Source: Octopus bimaculoides
Taxonomy: Eukaryota
Length of the DNA: 61,604 bases
Direction of reading: 5' to 3'
Assembly: GCF_001194135.2 (NCBI RefSeq)
Contig: NC_068985.1
Coordinates: 8,493,272 to 8,554,875 of the forward strand
Position numbers and translations under genes: made by a program. This document shows, piece by piece, positions 11,732-23,324 of the stretch. Each line of letters begins with the position of its first letter. The first letter of the stretch is position 1. The notes beneath the pieces were generated by a model. The model searched no databases. It worked only from the letters and a program-made list of their open reading frames with translations, and was not told the DNA's origin.

Positions 11732-11822
<91 letters not shown>

Positions 11823-11835
11823 ACACACACATACA
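11732..11835. repeat. (CA)n microsatellite
   Basis: Directly visible. Confidence 0.97.
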
Positions 11836-12231
11836 CGCACACATACACACACACATATTATGTATGTATGTATGTATGTATTACGTGTGTGTGTGTGTCT
11901 GTGTGTGTTGCATATTTCCATTTATTTATTCGTTGTAAAGAAATGAAGAAATTGAAGAGGTAAAAGCAAACACTATTTTTTTTAAAGAATTACGTTTACG
12001 CAAATGAATCTTAACGCATTTAATATGCAATTTGTCTTCGGAATCTGTTTCCGCGGTCGTCAGTATGGATTAACAGATATCTGATTCAAGCGTTAATCCT
12101 CGTAATATATATAGAGAGTAAGAAAGAAAGTGAAACAGAAATTACGAAATTTCTCAATTCGTGATTTGTGTGTCGAGTTTAAATGTTTAAATATGGAAAA
12201 TAATTGATTCTGTTGTGTGCATACATCAATG

Positions 12232-12660
12232 ACTGATGCATCTGGACACATCTTCAGTGATGTGTCTGGTATCATCGGGTGTTTTGGGTCTTTCAACATC
12301 ATACACCCTCCTCCAGGTGACCCGGCTGGGGTTGATCAGACCCCGGCTTGTGTCCAGATGGCCAGAAAGCTACCCTATGGCTCTCCTCTTTTGATCCACA
12401 GCCATCTTGAGGCCCTCTCTGCGGCATCGGTGGTACTGCAGATGGCCTTCCTCCTTCTCACTCCCTCGATGCCCAAACTGCTGAAGGCTCTAATCAGGGA
12501 ATGAGTTGCGAAACCCCTGCACCATCCAACCTCTACTGGGAGACACCTCGCTCTTCAACCAGCACGCTAGCTGTCACTGACCAGACTCGCGTACTTGGAG
12601 AGCTTTCTCTCAAAAGCTTATTCCAAGCGATCTTCCCATGGGACTGTTAGCTCCATGTAT
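12232..12660 (-). mobile_element. HERO/NeSL-type RLE non-LTR retrotransposon 3' end with 3' UTR
   Basis: ELTVPWEDRLE*AFERKLSKYASLVSDS*RAG*RARCLPVEVG...RGFATHSLIRAFSSLGIEG...AAERASRWLWIKRGEP*. Confidence 0.85.
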
Positions 12661-12949
12661 GTAGCTCTCATGTATGTCCCAAGGGCTTCTTGTATATGTA
12701 AATGTATTTTCAGTTATAATGTAGATTTATGGAAGCAATTTGTCCTTTATTCTACACTCCAAGATCGTCGTCGCGTGAACGATTCCTAATAAGACGATTG
12801 ATTTCGTACTTCCATTATTTATCTTTGTTTTCGTGCTTGAGAATAACAGAGAAAAAGTGGGGCGGGTCAATTTTTTATTATTATGTTCTAAATATGTTCA
12901 ATAATTCCTATCTTTATGTCTATTTGTAGCCATGAACAGGTTTCTGCAT

Positions 12950-13174
12950 ATTATTTACATTATTTACATTTGACGGATATTTGTCCTCATCTTGTTTGAT
13001 GTTAACACAACGTTTCGGCTGATATACTCTCCAGCCTTCATCAGGTGTCTTGGGGAAATTTCGAACGTGGGTTCTCATTCCTAAAGTATTTTTCGATGTT
13101 GTTGTTGTTTTTGTTATTATTATTATTATTCAGGTCACTGCCTGGACTCGAACTCGGAATCTTGGGGTTAGTAG
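12950..13174 (-). mobile_element. tRNA-head/(AAT)n/hammerhead element, copy 1 (5'-truncated head)
   Basis: B-box GAGTTCGAGTCC, (AAT/AAC)n linker, HHR, tail ending in AATGTAAAT repeats. Homologous to 38147-38738. Confidence 0.85.
13005..13048 (-). ncRNA. Minimal type I hammerhead ribozyme motif, intact core
   Basis: ACAC-CTGATGA-A-GGCTG-gagagtatat-CAGCC-GAAAC-GTT-GTGT: stem I ACAC/GTGT, stem II GGCTG/CAGCC, palindromic AACGTT helix III, predicted GUU cleavage triplet. Confidence 0.8.
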
Positions 13175-13329
13175 ACATCGAAAGTTTTGATAATAGAAAG
13201 AGATCTTGAAATCTATGAAGCTCTCATCAACCCAAACTCACCAACAAGAGTGCTTAACCAGAAAGGACTAGATCTGATGAAAGTTGAGTAGGGAAAGGAG
13301 AATAACAACACGCTCTACTTCTAGCCAAG

Positions 13330-13870
13330 TTCCCCTCCCCCATGGTGTACTCTTCTTAGAGTACAAGCGATGTCCAGAGCTCCTCAGATGCATATGGAGT
13401 ATCTTGAATGTGATAGGACGAAGGGAGAGATTTACAGATCCGTGGAAACTTTAGCTGGCTTCCTTAATCGACATGCAGCTTCTAAATAGTAACTTCATGT
13501 CGATTAAAGAAGCCAGCGAAAGTTTCCACTGCACATAGAACCAATTCAGAGCGGGCCACATATGACCATTACTTTTGAAACAATAAAACTAGCGAGCCGC
13601 CGGAAGTGACAATGACCTGAAAAGAGTGAATTGATAAAATCAATGAGAGAAAACATGCATAGTACCGGAAGTTGGTGGAAAAGATATAATGAGCTTATAA
13701 AGATAGACTACAGAGTCCGTTCAGGATGCTCAGTCAGCAGGGTCCTCAAATGGACGTTTCAGGGGTGGCATAAAAGAAAACAAACCAGTTCAGAGGTGGT
13801 ATAAAAGAGGACAATTCAATCGGCAGAGAATGCCAAAAGGCGGTTGTGGATTAAGAGAACCCTGGTCTGT
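13330..13870 (+). mobile_element. Heavily decayed, internally deleted HERO-type element
   Basis: Fragments PPHGVLFLEYKRCPELLRCIWSIL (RT N-terminal region), INERKHA*YRKLVEK and SAENAKRRLWIKR (RLE end). Confidence 0.55.
13442..13529. repeat. 88-bp hairpin or mini-MITE
   Basis: GTGGAAACTTTAGCTGGCTTCCTTAATCGACATG / CATGTCGATTAAAGAAGCCAGCGAAAGTTTCCAC, 34-bp arms with two mismatches and a 20-nt loop. Confidence 0.85.
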
Positions 13871-14339
13871 TGCTGCCTAAACATAAGACGGTTAAAGACT
13901 TTACAGAGTGCAAAGAATTTACAGTCCACATCTATTGGGTCATACAATATTTCTCAACTTCTCAAATTGCGCTTCTCCACCAGCTCCCGATACTATGCAC
14001 ATTTCGAATCACTAACTTTGTCAAAATGATCTTTTCAGGATTTTGTCAGCTCCTAAAGACAGGCAAGCTGTGGAAATATCGTTCAAACCAATACAATATC
14101 TATTGCAATAGCATCGCGCCTTTCATATTCTCTATTTACCTTAGTAAAGAAGAAGAAGAAGAAGATTTCAAATATGAAGAATTTGGTGCATAAGAACAGT
14201 AAAGTTGCCTATCATGTTGTATGACGAAAAGTCAGGTGATCAGGTGATCGACCAGACTATTGGATGCTGTAATACTTCGCTGATCACAATGCGATTTGCA
14301 TCGTTTTGGCTTCAGAATGATGCACCTCGATGGCTAGGC

Positions 14340-14520
14340 TAACAGGCCAAAGTTCCTTTTGATCGAAGGGTAGTCTATCGTAGGGTGACATATTTGCAGT
14401 TGAGTGGACTGATGCAAGGTGAAATGAAGTGTTTTTTTCCGGAACATAACACACCGTTGGTCACGGGATTCGACCCTACGAATCACCACATTGTGCGTGC
14501 AACACCCTAGCCGCTGGTGC
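14340..14520 (-). mobile_element. Old tRNA-derived SINE
   Basis: Minus-strand head GGGTCGAATCCCG followed by AAAACACTTCATTTCACCTTGC core-like block. Confidence 0.55.
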
Positions 14521-15021
14521 ACGCAGCTTCACACAATATTATAATGAAAGAAAATATTACAAATTTAAATTGATGATACCCAGCATCGTAATTGGATCTC
14601 ATATAGGTTTAAATTTATTCACTCGACGTTATAGACAGGAACATTAATGAATGCAGTTGAATATTATTAAGTGTTACGAGCGCAAGTGTCGGAGTAATTA
14701 ATACTATTACACAATCGATCGATTTGCTCAAAAGCAACACATTACTACTCTGTGCCACTTCTGTGCCACTTCTGTGCCACCTGAGTCATTAATGCTTTTG
14801 ATCTTGCTGCTATTGACTTTGGCTTTCGTCTCCTGAGGCCAATACGAATAATAAACGTTATCTGCTGTAATTAATTCAATTAATTCAATTAATTCAACGG
14901 ATGTATATTTAAAACATTTGCTTCACGTCTACGCGGTTCCAAATGTAATTCAAAAGCACGCTACCTTCACAATTGTCTTTCTACAACTTTCACTGCCTTG
15001 AGAGCAGATTTTGGATCATCA

Positions 15022-15083
<62 letters not shown>
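15022..15083. repeat. (ATCT)n microsatellite
   Basis: Directly visible. Confidence 0.97.
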
Positions 15084-15084
<1 letters not shown>

Positions 15085-15085
15085 A

Positions 15086-15250
15086 GGGAGAATTCACAAA
15101 AAAACCCCCCAAAAAAACAAAAGATGAAAACAGGTGGTTTAGAAAACAAACAGGTGAATTAGTATAACGCTCGGGAATTGAAAAAAAGTCTTTAACGTTT
15201 CGAGCCTACGCTCTTCCACAGAAAGGAACACAGAAAGAAACCAGGAGAGC
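15086..15250 (-). mobile_element. PLE pseudo-LTR-like repeat carrying a hammerhead-like motif
   Basis: Dispersed repeat (second copy 10880-10971) adjacent to a microsatellite; contains the 15190-15225 motif. The PLE assignment is inference. Confidence 0.6.
15190..15225 (-). ncRNA. Hammerhead-like motif with non-canonical core (CUGUGGA, A6U)
   Basis: CTTT-CTGTGGA-A-GAGC-gtag-GCTC-GAAAC-GTT-AAAG: stems I and II perfect, palindromic helix III. Confidence 0.6.
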
Positions 15251-15429
15251 AACAAGCATGGATTACTATGTGTGGGACACTGTCCAGAAAAACACCAACC
15301 GCTCTGTCTACAACAGTAAAACCGAGCTAGTGGCCTTTGACAAGGAGCTGTTCGAAGATCTCAGGGACACAGTAGAAATATTTAAGCATCTAATATTAAT
15401 GGTATTTTTTAGAAGTTTCTGTTGATCAT

Positions 15430-15660
15430 TATTCTTTAGGAACTATGTCCAGAATGTAGGACACATGCAATCATGTCCTATTGTAATTCGTTGTCTTCTG
15501 TAACAGTTCCACTTCCTGATGTTTAATCCCTCTTTCTTCCAACGAGTTCGTCAATTTTGACATCCATATCATTCTGCTGTTTTCTCTACTTCTTTTCCCT
15601 TTAATCTTTCCGATCATCGCTAAATTCCCGTGACCCTTTTTCCTCATCATTGCAGCCGTT
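15430..15660 (-). mobile_element. RTE-type LINE 3' end relic
   Basis: MIGKIKGKRSR...EVELLQKTT fragments resemble RTE C-termini. Confidence 0.5.
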
Positions 15661-15737
15661 GATTTAATCGAATTTTATTTATTTACATAATTTTATATCC
15701 TCAGTCACTCTTTTCAGTTAACGTATTTCTATGTATG

Positions 15738-15779
<42 letters not shown>

Positions 15780-16939
15780 GTGTATGTGTGTGTGCGTGTA
15801 TGTGTGTATGCTTGTGCATGTATGCAAGTGATGGCGTATGCTTATGTGCATGTGGTGGTGTTTATGTGTGTGCATATATTACTTCAGTCAATTCTTAGCC
15901 CCGCATTTCATTATCGTTTTTGCTCTCGTCTTTGCCCAGGTCTAATTTTTCGATTCTTTAGTTTTCATTTACATTACTCTTTTTTTGTTTCTCCTTCCTT
16001 TCATCTTCCTAAGTTGACACATTTTCCAACTCACCCTTTTTATCTTTAAATAGTTTTCAGTTTACTGCTAATCTTTCTTTGATATTTTGTCCCCTGTCTG
16101 TCTTCCTTCCTGTCTTCTTATTCCAATAACCCTTTTTAATTCTAACACTCCTTTTTTCTTTAATGTTTTTCTCTTTCAACTTACATTTACCCACACACAA
16201 TTTTCTTTGAATTTATAAACTAACTTGAAGGCTTGGGATATATATATATATAATAATATTATTAGGGACAAAATCCAAAATTACAGGTAAAAAACTCAAT
16301 TAAAATCATATATATATATTCCGTAGAAATTCAACGGAAAAAAATCCACTCTGACTATAAATATCGATCTTCTTTAATCCAAGAAACTGTTGATCAAAGA
16401 CGTATCCGCGGTGATCTTCTTTATTCATGCTGTTTTATCCCACGAAACTACCCTCAATGGCTTCCTTTTATAAAGATGTAGGTACGTGATATGAGGGAAA
16501 TTTGATAGTTAGGCTGACATTGTTGCTAACGAGAGCTTCGTGGTTTTGTTTAGCACTAGATTAGCACAGACCATCAAATCTATGATCAAAATTGTTCCAA
16601 CGGCGACCATACAACATGTTAAACACCGACTTTCTGCCGCTAGTTTATGACCGCAAACTTCAAATTCCCGCGGCCACGAGACTGATTTACTCGGCAGCCT
16701 TGTTTCACATGTTAAGTATCAATAAATTTGTATCATTTACAATGATGTACAGTTGCTGTAGTTCATTTAATTATTTAAGTAAATTTTAAATTTGTTTAAA
16801 TTAGAGGTGACCACATCTGGTTCGGAAAAAAAACATTCATCTGGAAAGTGTTTGGGGCCACATTTTTAGAGAATGAATGTTGTACATGCATCTTTCATTT
16901 TCTTCCCCCAATATTATATGTAACATATAATTCAACTTC

Positions 16940-17050
16940 CGTCAAAATCGACTTTGCCTTTCACCCTTTCGGCATCGATAAAATAAGTACCAGTTGAGCA
17001 CTGGGGTCGACGTAATCGACTTCTCTGAACTTGTTGGCCTTGTGCCAACA
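16940..17050 (+). mobile_element. SINE family A 3' half
   Basis: GACTTTGCCTTTCACCCTTTCGG...GATAAAATAAGTACCAGTTG...GGCCTTGTGCC. Confidence 0.8.
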
Positions 17051-17092
17051 TTTATGAGGAAAATCCTTTTCCGTGTGTCCCTTGTGACTATT

Positions 17093-17304
17093 CGTTTCTG
17101 CCTTAGGCCCGAAATTTTGAGGGAGGGAGCCAGTCGATTAGAATGATCCCAGTACGCAACTGGTACTTAATTTATCTACCCCGAAAGGATGAAAGGAAAA
17201 GTCAACCACGGTGAGATTTGAAACCAGAACGTAAAGACAGACGAAATACAGCTAAGCATTTTGCCGGCGTGCTAACGTTTCTGCCAGCTCACCGCCTTCG
17301 TTCG
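17093..17304 (-). mobile_element. SINE family A, full length with 11-bp TSD
   Basis: TTGTGACTATT at 17082-17092 and 17305-17315 flanks the element. Confidence 0.92.
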
Positions 17305-17406
17305 TTGTGACTATTATTTGGTATTAATGCATGTATAATGTTCAGCTAATTACTCAGAGTATTTATTTGCATGAAAAAAAAAACAATATTTAAATTACTT
17401 CTCACT

Positions 17407-17464
<58 letters not shown>

Positions 17465-17475
17465 TNNNNNNNNNN

Positions 17476-17506
<31 letters not shown>

Positions 17507-17619
17507 CATGAGTGTCATGAGTATCATCATGTGGGTTAATGTTTTAATAGATTCGAGTTGATGCAAGCTTTCTGAATGAAATGAGGCAGACGGAAACTGT
17601 ATGGAAGCTTGTTGGATAA

Positions 17620-17810
17620 GTTATGTCCGGAATTCAAAGGTACACGTCGTATTACTCAAATTCTACGTGAATGGCGTCTACGTTAAGGGCAGACGTATTT
17701 GTGAAATCTTCAACGGCTTCCACGTTAATTCTAGAAGTGGGAGGTTTAGTAGATTGAACACGTTGAGGCTCATCGTAAAAACCGACGGAGAACCATTATT
17801 AGTTTTGTAG
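17620..17810 (+). mobile_element. Diverged body of SINE family C
   Basis: CTACGTTAAGGG...CACGTTAATT...AACCGACGGAG aligns with the reverse complement of 44815-45000. Confidence 0.6.
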
Positions 17811-17814
17811 TTTC

Positions 17815-17990
17815 GAATTGGCAGAATTGTTAGCCCGCTAGGTATAGCGGTTTTTCGCCCGTCACTGCGTTCTGAGTTCAAATTCAGTCCAGGTTGACTT
17901 TGCCTTTCGTCCTTTCTGGGATTAATAAAGTAAATAGCAGGAAAGCACTGGGATCAATGTAATGGATTAACCCCAAGCCACAAATTTCTT
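17815..17990 (+). mobile_element. SINE family A
   Basis: TTGGCAGAATTGTTAGC head and CTGAGTTCAAATTC. Confidence 0.8.
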
Positions 17991-18049
17991 TTCATTTAAT
18001 CAACTAATTTTATTGAGAAAGGAGCAAATTCTTGATACTTTCGTAATCT

Positions 18050-18260
18050 TTTCTACTCTAGGTACGAGGACCAAAATTTTTTGGGGAAGGGGTTAGTTGA
18101 TTAGATTGACCCCAGTAAGCAACTGGTACTAAATTAATCGACCCCAAAAAGATGAAATGTAAAGTCGACGTCGGTGGAATTTGAACTCAGAACGTAAAAA
18201 CAGACGAAATACCGCTAAACATTTCGCTCGGCGTGCTAACGTTTTGTGCCAGCGCGCCGC
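18050..18260 (-). mobile_element. SINE family A, full length
   Basis: Complete head-body-tail match to other copies. Confidence 0.9.
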
Positions 18261-18822
18261 CCTGCTGTGATAATGTAAAAATACTGTAGTTGCTGGTTGT
18301 TTTTATTCTTGTTGTTATTGTTGGTGCTGTTTAACCTCGGTCCAACCTTGAATCCACCGATATAAGACTAAAGGTGTTCGTTTTTCTAAACATCTTTTGG
18401 AACGTAGTATACTTAGGAAATTCTCTAGCGTATCATTGCATTTTTAAAGATAGTAGAGTGTGATAAAAAGGAAATTTGGTTGTTGTTTCTAGCAGTTTGA
18501 GTAGCGCATCGAGACACACTCCTTGTCTCCTCGTCGTAGTGGTATTCGTCGTCGGTGTTATTTTGTTGCATAACACCAAGCTAGCTCTGATTGAAAGGAC
18601 GCATGATCAAATTAATTTCAGCCGTTAACATTTTGTATTTTCACTTTTTAGACAAAATATACTGAGAAGTACATTATCAGATTTGCCCTTCTGTTTTTAA
18701 GATGATTGGGTAAAATTTTAAGGAATTTTGGTTGCTATTTCTAAACTATCAAGGAACCACGTAGAGGTTCGTTCGTTTGCGATTGTTGTGGCTGCTACTG
18801 TTTCTGCTTGTCAATGGAAACT

Positions 18823-19041
18823 TTTCTACTCTAAGCACAAGACCCGAAATTTTCGGGGAGGGGGCCAGTCGATTAGATCGACCCCAGTAGGCAACTGACA
18901 CTTAATTCATCGACCCTGAAAGGATGAAAGGCAAAGTCGGCCTCGGCTGAATTTGAACTCAGAACATAAAGAAAGACGAAATACCGTTAAGCACTTCGCT
19001 TGGCGTGCTAACGTTTCTGCTAGCTAGGCGCCATTTTCATT
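18823..19041 (-). mobile_element. SINE family A with 9-bp TSD
   Basis: ATGGAAACT at 18814-18822 and 19042-19050. Confidence 0.92.
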
Positions 19042-19799
19042 ATGGAAACTGTCCATATTTTTGTTGAGTTCTTTCAGCTTTGCAGGCGTTAGTAGCTGTC
19101 ATATTACAAATACCTTTATCTGAATATATTCTGTAAATGTTTCAAATGTGTTAACTCGTTCAAGTTTATTCTTGATTTTATTTTGGCAACAGATTTTGGT
19201 TGCTTCTTTGTATACGTCAAGTTAAACAAATCTTGCTGTTGTTCGGAACACTTATAGCCAAACATACTCAAGCAGTAGCCATCACAGCAAGTTGTACTTC
19301 TACACCAGCACTGTCCAATATATTCTATTATTTTAAGATTGTATGTTGTGATTTGAGGGACGCGGGTGCTATTTCTACCAACTCCAGATCGAGCAGTTTA
19401 CACCAACACTCTTTCGTTTTCACGTTCTTAACACTGTTGAACTGTCTCTTTTTTCTAACACCGATATTTTCACCTAGAAAAGCTCGGACAGTATCACTAA
19501 TATTCGAATCTCTTTGTTCGCGCATACTTTCTCAGATAAATTTTCTTTCCCTTTTGTTTCTACCTCCTTCGCTTTATCACAATTTAGTTCTCTCTCTCAC
19601 TCTCTCTGCTTTTTCCCATCTCTCTATCAGGCTTGGCATATTTTATAGTTACTACATGCTTAGTATGCAGAACATGAAAGTTTGTTTAAAATTCAATGTT
19701 TCTCCTGTTTCGCATCGTTTCTTTAAAGTTATTCGTGCATTTGTATTATTGTTAAAATGTTACTCTTATTTTCCGGGCAGCTGTAATTTCACTCTCCCT

Positions 19800-19838
19800 A
19801 CACACATACACACGTCCATTCATTCTTCCATACATACA

Positions 19839-19872
<34 letters not shown>

Positions 19873-20300
19873 CATACATACACATAAACATACATACATA
19901 CATACATACATATGTACATGCATAAACACACACGTATGGGGGAACCGTGAGTGTGTGTGCCTCTGTGTGTGTGTGTGTGCCAGTGTGTGTGTCAGTGTGT
20001 ACGAGTGTATGCCTGTGTGTGTTCGTGTGTCGGCCTGTGTGCGTGCATATGGGTGCGTGCTTTTGCGTGTGTGTGCATGTGTGCGCGTGTGTGTGCGTGC
20101 GTGTATGTCTGCGTGCATGTGTGTGCGTCTGCATGTGTTTGTGTCTGCCTGCATGTGTGTGCGCCTGCATGTGTGTGCGTGCATGCGTGTGTCTGTGTGC
20201 ATGTGTGTGTGTCTGCCTGCATGTCTGTGCGTGAGTGCGTGATTGCGCGTGTGTGTGTTTGCGTGTGTATGTATGTATGTGTGTGTGTGTGTGTGTGTAC
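19800..20300. repeat. (ACAT)n followed by a long mixed (TG/CG)n tract
   Basis: Directly visible; source of many spurious ORFs. Confidence 0.95.
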
Positions 20301-20989
20301 GAGTTGGGTAAAGATGTAATTGACATTCTTCATCCCCAAATGACAACATCTGATAAAATTATTAAAGGCAGACAACAGAAAGAATCGTTACCTCGTTGTA
20401 CAAAAATATTTAGCGGGCTTTTCTTCGGGCGCATTGTGTACCGAGGTCGAATCCAGATGAAGTCAACTTTACTTTTTATCCTTACGGTGTCGATAAAATA
20501 GTCAAGTATTGGTGTCAATGAAATAAACTGACTCACTCACTCTCAAGCTACTAGATTCGTACCAAAATTTCAAACGATTTTTATTATTTCTTTAGTTTAA
20601 AGAGTTGTACAAAACAAATTTTGTTACCTACAGATTTGTAAATATGTAACAAGGATATCCAGGTATCAATACATTACGGCTGTTTCGAGCAGCTCTGTTT
20701 CGTCGATCAATGAAAGCATTATATCAATCTGAAAGAAACCGCTCGCCTCAGACCTAGATGATCATATGGATTTCGAACATAAAGGATAAACCATTAGAAA
20801 ATTCCTATCAATAATAGAAAACAAAATAATCATATTGTTTCCTTATGTTATATCTGTGACAAAATGAATTTAGAAAATAATGCATATCTTATTAAGCCTA
20901 CCTTAATTTAGAGAGTAGCAAAAGAAAATAATTAATAACCTATATTACATCTTCCTCTTTTATGTCGATGTAATCGATGATTGCCTTTT

Positions 20990-21620
20990 TTCTCAAGTAG
21001 TTCAGCAGTGTTGAAAAACTCCTTCGACTTGCCCACTTGCCTATTCTCCAGCGAGCAGAGAGTTGAAGACACTCTGGAATTGTTTATTTAGTATTTCACT
21101 TATGCTCATGGTGTCTGCAGTCAGCGAGTCGTCTTCTTCAGACAGTTACCCTATCTTGTAGTACCTTTGAGGCAGACACTTTCGCGAACATATGGAAGGC
21201 TTTAGGATTTTGCTTTTCTATTTCCCTCAGTCCTGGTTTCTCTTTCTATCCTTTCGTTTTCATGGCAGAGTCTGAGCTTACTTTCCATTTCTAAAAGTTT
21301 CCCTTTGAGGAAGGATTTCTCGCTGACCTAAATTTGTTTATTTAAGCGACTGGAGAACTTTACTCTCTTTCCTATAGATACTCTTCTGACTTGAGGAATC
21401 ATGTTTTTGTATGTAGTTGCTTTCTTCTCTGGACAAATTTAAAGCATATGCTTCGCATTATCAACAAGAATTATTTAAGTTTCATATCAATGTCTTGCAT
21501 AGAGAGACTTTTAAACAAATTGTGCTGAATAATCGGGTTTTTAAATGACTTTCAGTCAGACTCGTAGAAATTATGACTGGATAATGTTCGGATGACGTCT
21601 GTGTAAATACATACATCATT
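20990..21620 (-). mobile_element. CR1-type LINE ORF2 relic (endonuclease end to RT linker)
   Basis: SEHYPVI...; KQNPKAFHMFAK; DSLTADTMSISEILNKQFQSVFNS. Confidence 0.6.
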
Positions 21621-22989
21621 AATTGGTTTCGGATCATACATCATTCTACCATGTTGTGGTCTAAATTTGAATTTACCAACTTTGAGAAATGTGATTATGG
21701 TTAATTAACATAATATGGTAAAAATTCGATATTAATTAATATCAATTTAATACGAGGAAACTAGCACATTAAAAGAATCAGAAGGTTCATGAAAAATTTT
21801 TTTTCGAGATCCTAAAAAGATTATAGTACTTGTGTATATAAGATTGACCAGTGACCGGTCTGTCAATATGCTAGAAGAAGCTCACTTAAAAAATTCTCAA
21901 ATACGGATTCAGCGGGGCAAAAATAGGCAGGCTAGACCAGTGAAAATTATACATACCTCGATTATCTGCAGACTATAGTTTCAAAATCAATACTTCCAAA
22001 ATAGAAGTATTGATTTTGAAACTATNNNNNNNNNNNNNNNNNNNNNNNNNNNNNNNNNNNNNNNNNNNNNNNNNNNNNNNNNNNNNNNNNNNNNNNNNNN
22101 NNNNNNNNNNNNNNNNNNNNNNNNNNNNNNNNNNNNNNNNNNNNNNNNNNNNNNNNNNNNNNNNNNNNNNNNNNNNNNNNNNNNNNNNNNNNNNNNNNNN
22201 NNNNNNNNNNNNNNNNNNNNNNNNNNNNNNNNNNNNNNNNNNNNNNNNNNNNNNNNNNNNNNNNNNNNNNNNNNNNNNNNNNNNNNNNNNNNNNNNNNNN
22301 NNNNNNNNNNNNNNNNNNNNNNNNNNNNNNNNNNNNNNNNNNNNNNNNNNNNNNNNNNNNNNNNNNNNNNNNNNNNNNNNNNNNNNNNNNNNNNNNNNNN
22401 NNNNNNNNNNNNNNNNNNNNNNNNNNNNNNNNNNNNNNNNNNNNNNNNNNNNNNNNNNNNNNNNNNNNNNNNNNNNNNNNNNNNNNNNNNNNNNNNNNNN
22501 NNNNNNNNNNNNNNNNNNNNNNNNNNNNNNNNNNNNNNNATATATATATATATATATATATACATATACATACATATAATGGATTGCTGCGAGCTGAATG
22601 TTCAGCGCTGGGACTCTTGTATGTGTTATCACAGTCTGGATATCTATAATTGCATCTAATGGACAGAACTCGTCATGTTTTAGATTTTTGTTCTATTATA
22701 TGTTGACATATTGTCATCACCGTCCATTACAATTGTCTATTTGGTTGACAGATTCAAAATTTATGAAGAAAAATGCGCTGAAGTATATCTTGATGTCAAT
22801 TCTTACCAGTTAAGATAATGAAAGATATTTTTCTTTTCGTAAGTATCAAGTATGGCAAGTATGACACACATACATACGTGAGCGCAGAGTGACAAACACA
22901 GACACACGCGGAAACACATACACACACATAGACTTATATATATTTATATATATATCTATATATAAATAGGTGTATATATAAGCTTGTGC

Positions 22990-23145
22990 GTATGGGTATG
23001 TGATAAGAAGCTCGTTGCTCAACCATAATGCTGCGGATTCAGTGGTACTACGTGAAACTGGCCAGGTGTCTTCTACCATAGCTTTAGGCCGATGAAAGCC
23101 CCGTGAGTTGATTTGGCATACGGAAACTGAAAGAAACTTGTCGTA
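22990..23145 (+). mobile_element. SINE family B 5' part, diverged
   Basis: GGTGTCTTCTACCATAGC...GGAAACTGAAAGAAACTTGTCG. Confidence 0.7.
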
Positions 23146-23324
23146 TATATATATATATATATATATATACGACAAGTTTCTATATATATNNNNNNNNNNN
23201 NNNNNNNNNNNNATATATATATATATACATATACATATATATAGGTTAGATCCAAAGGAGCAAAAACACTGAAGCTAGCCAGTGGTTCAATTTTGTATGC
23301 CCTAAGCACAGCTTAAAGTTATAA

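Noticed and set aside
19200-19925. 241-aa ORF
   Set aside because: No recognisable motif; runs antisense through a dispersed repeat and ends in (ACAT)n.
19798-20375. His/Thr- and Cys/Val-rich ORFs suggesting metal-binding proteins
   Set aside because: Dinucleotide-repeat translations; the same applies to similar ORFs across the window.
21975-22025. Perfect 22-bp inverted repeat
   Set aside because: Ends exactly at a gap edge; likely a fold-back assembly artefact.
23133-23180. Perfect palindrome centred on (TA)n
   Set aside because: Mirror copy of SINE sequence at a contig end; likely a self-priming artefact.
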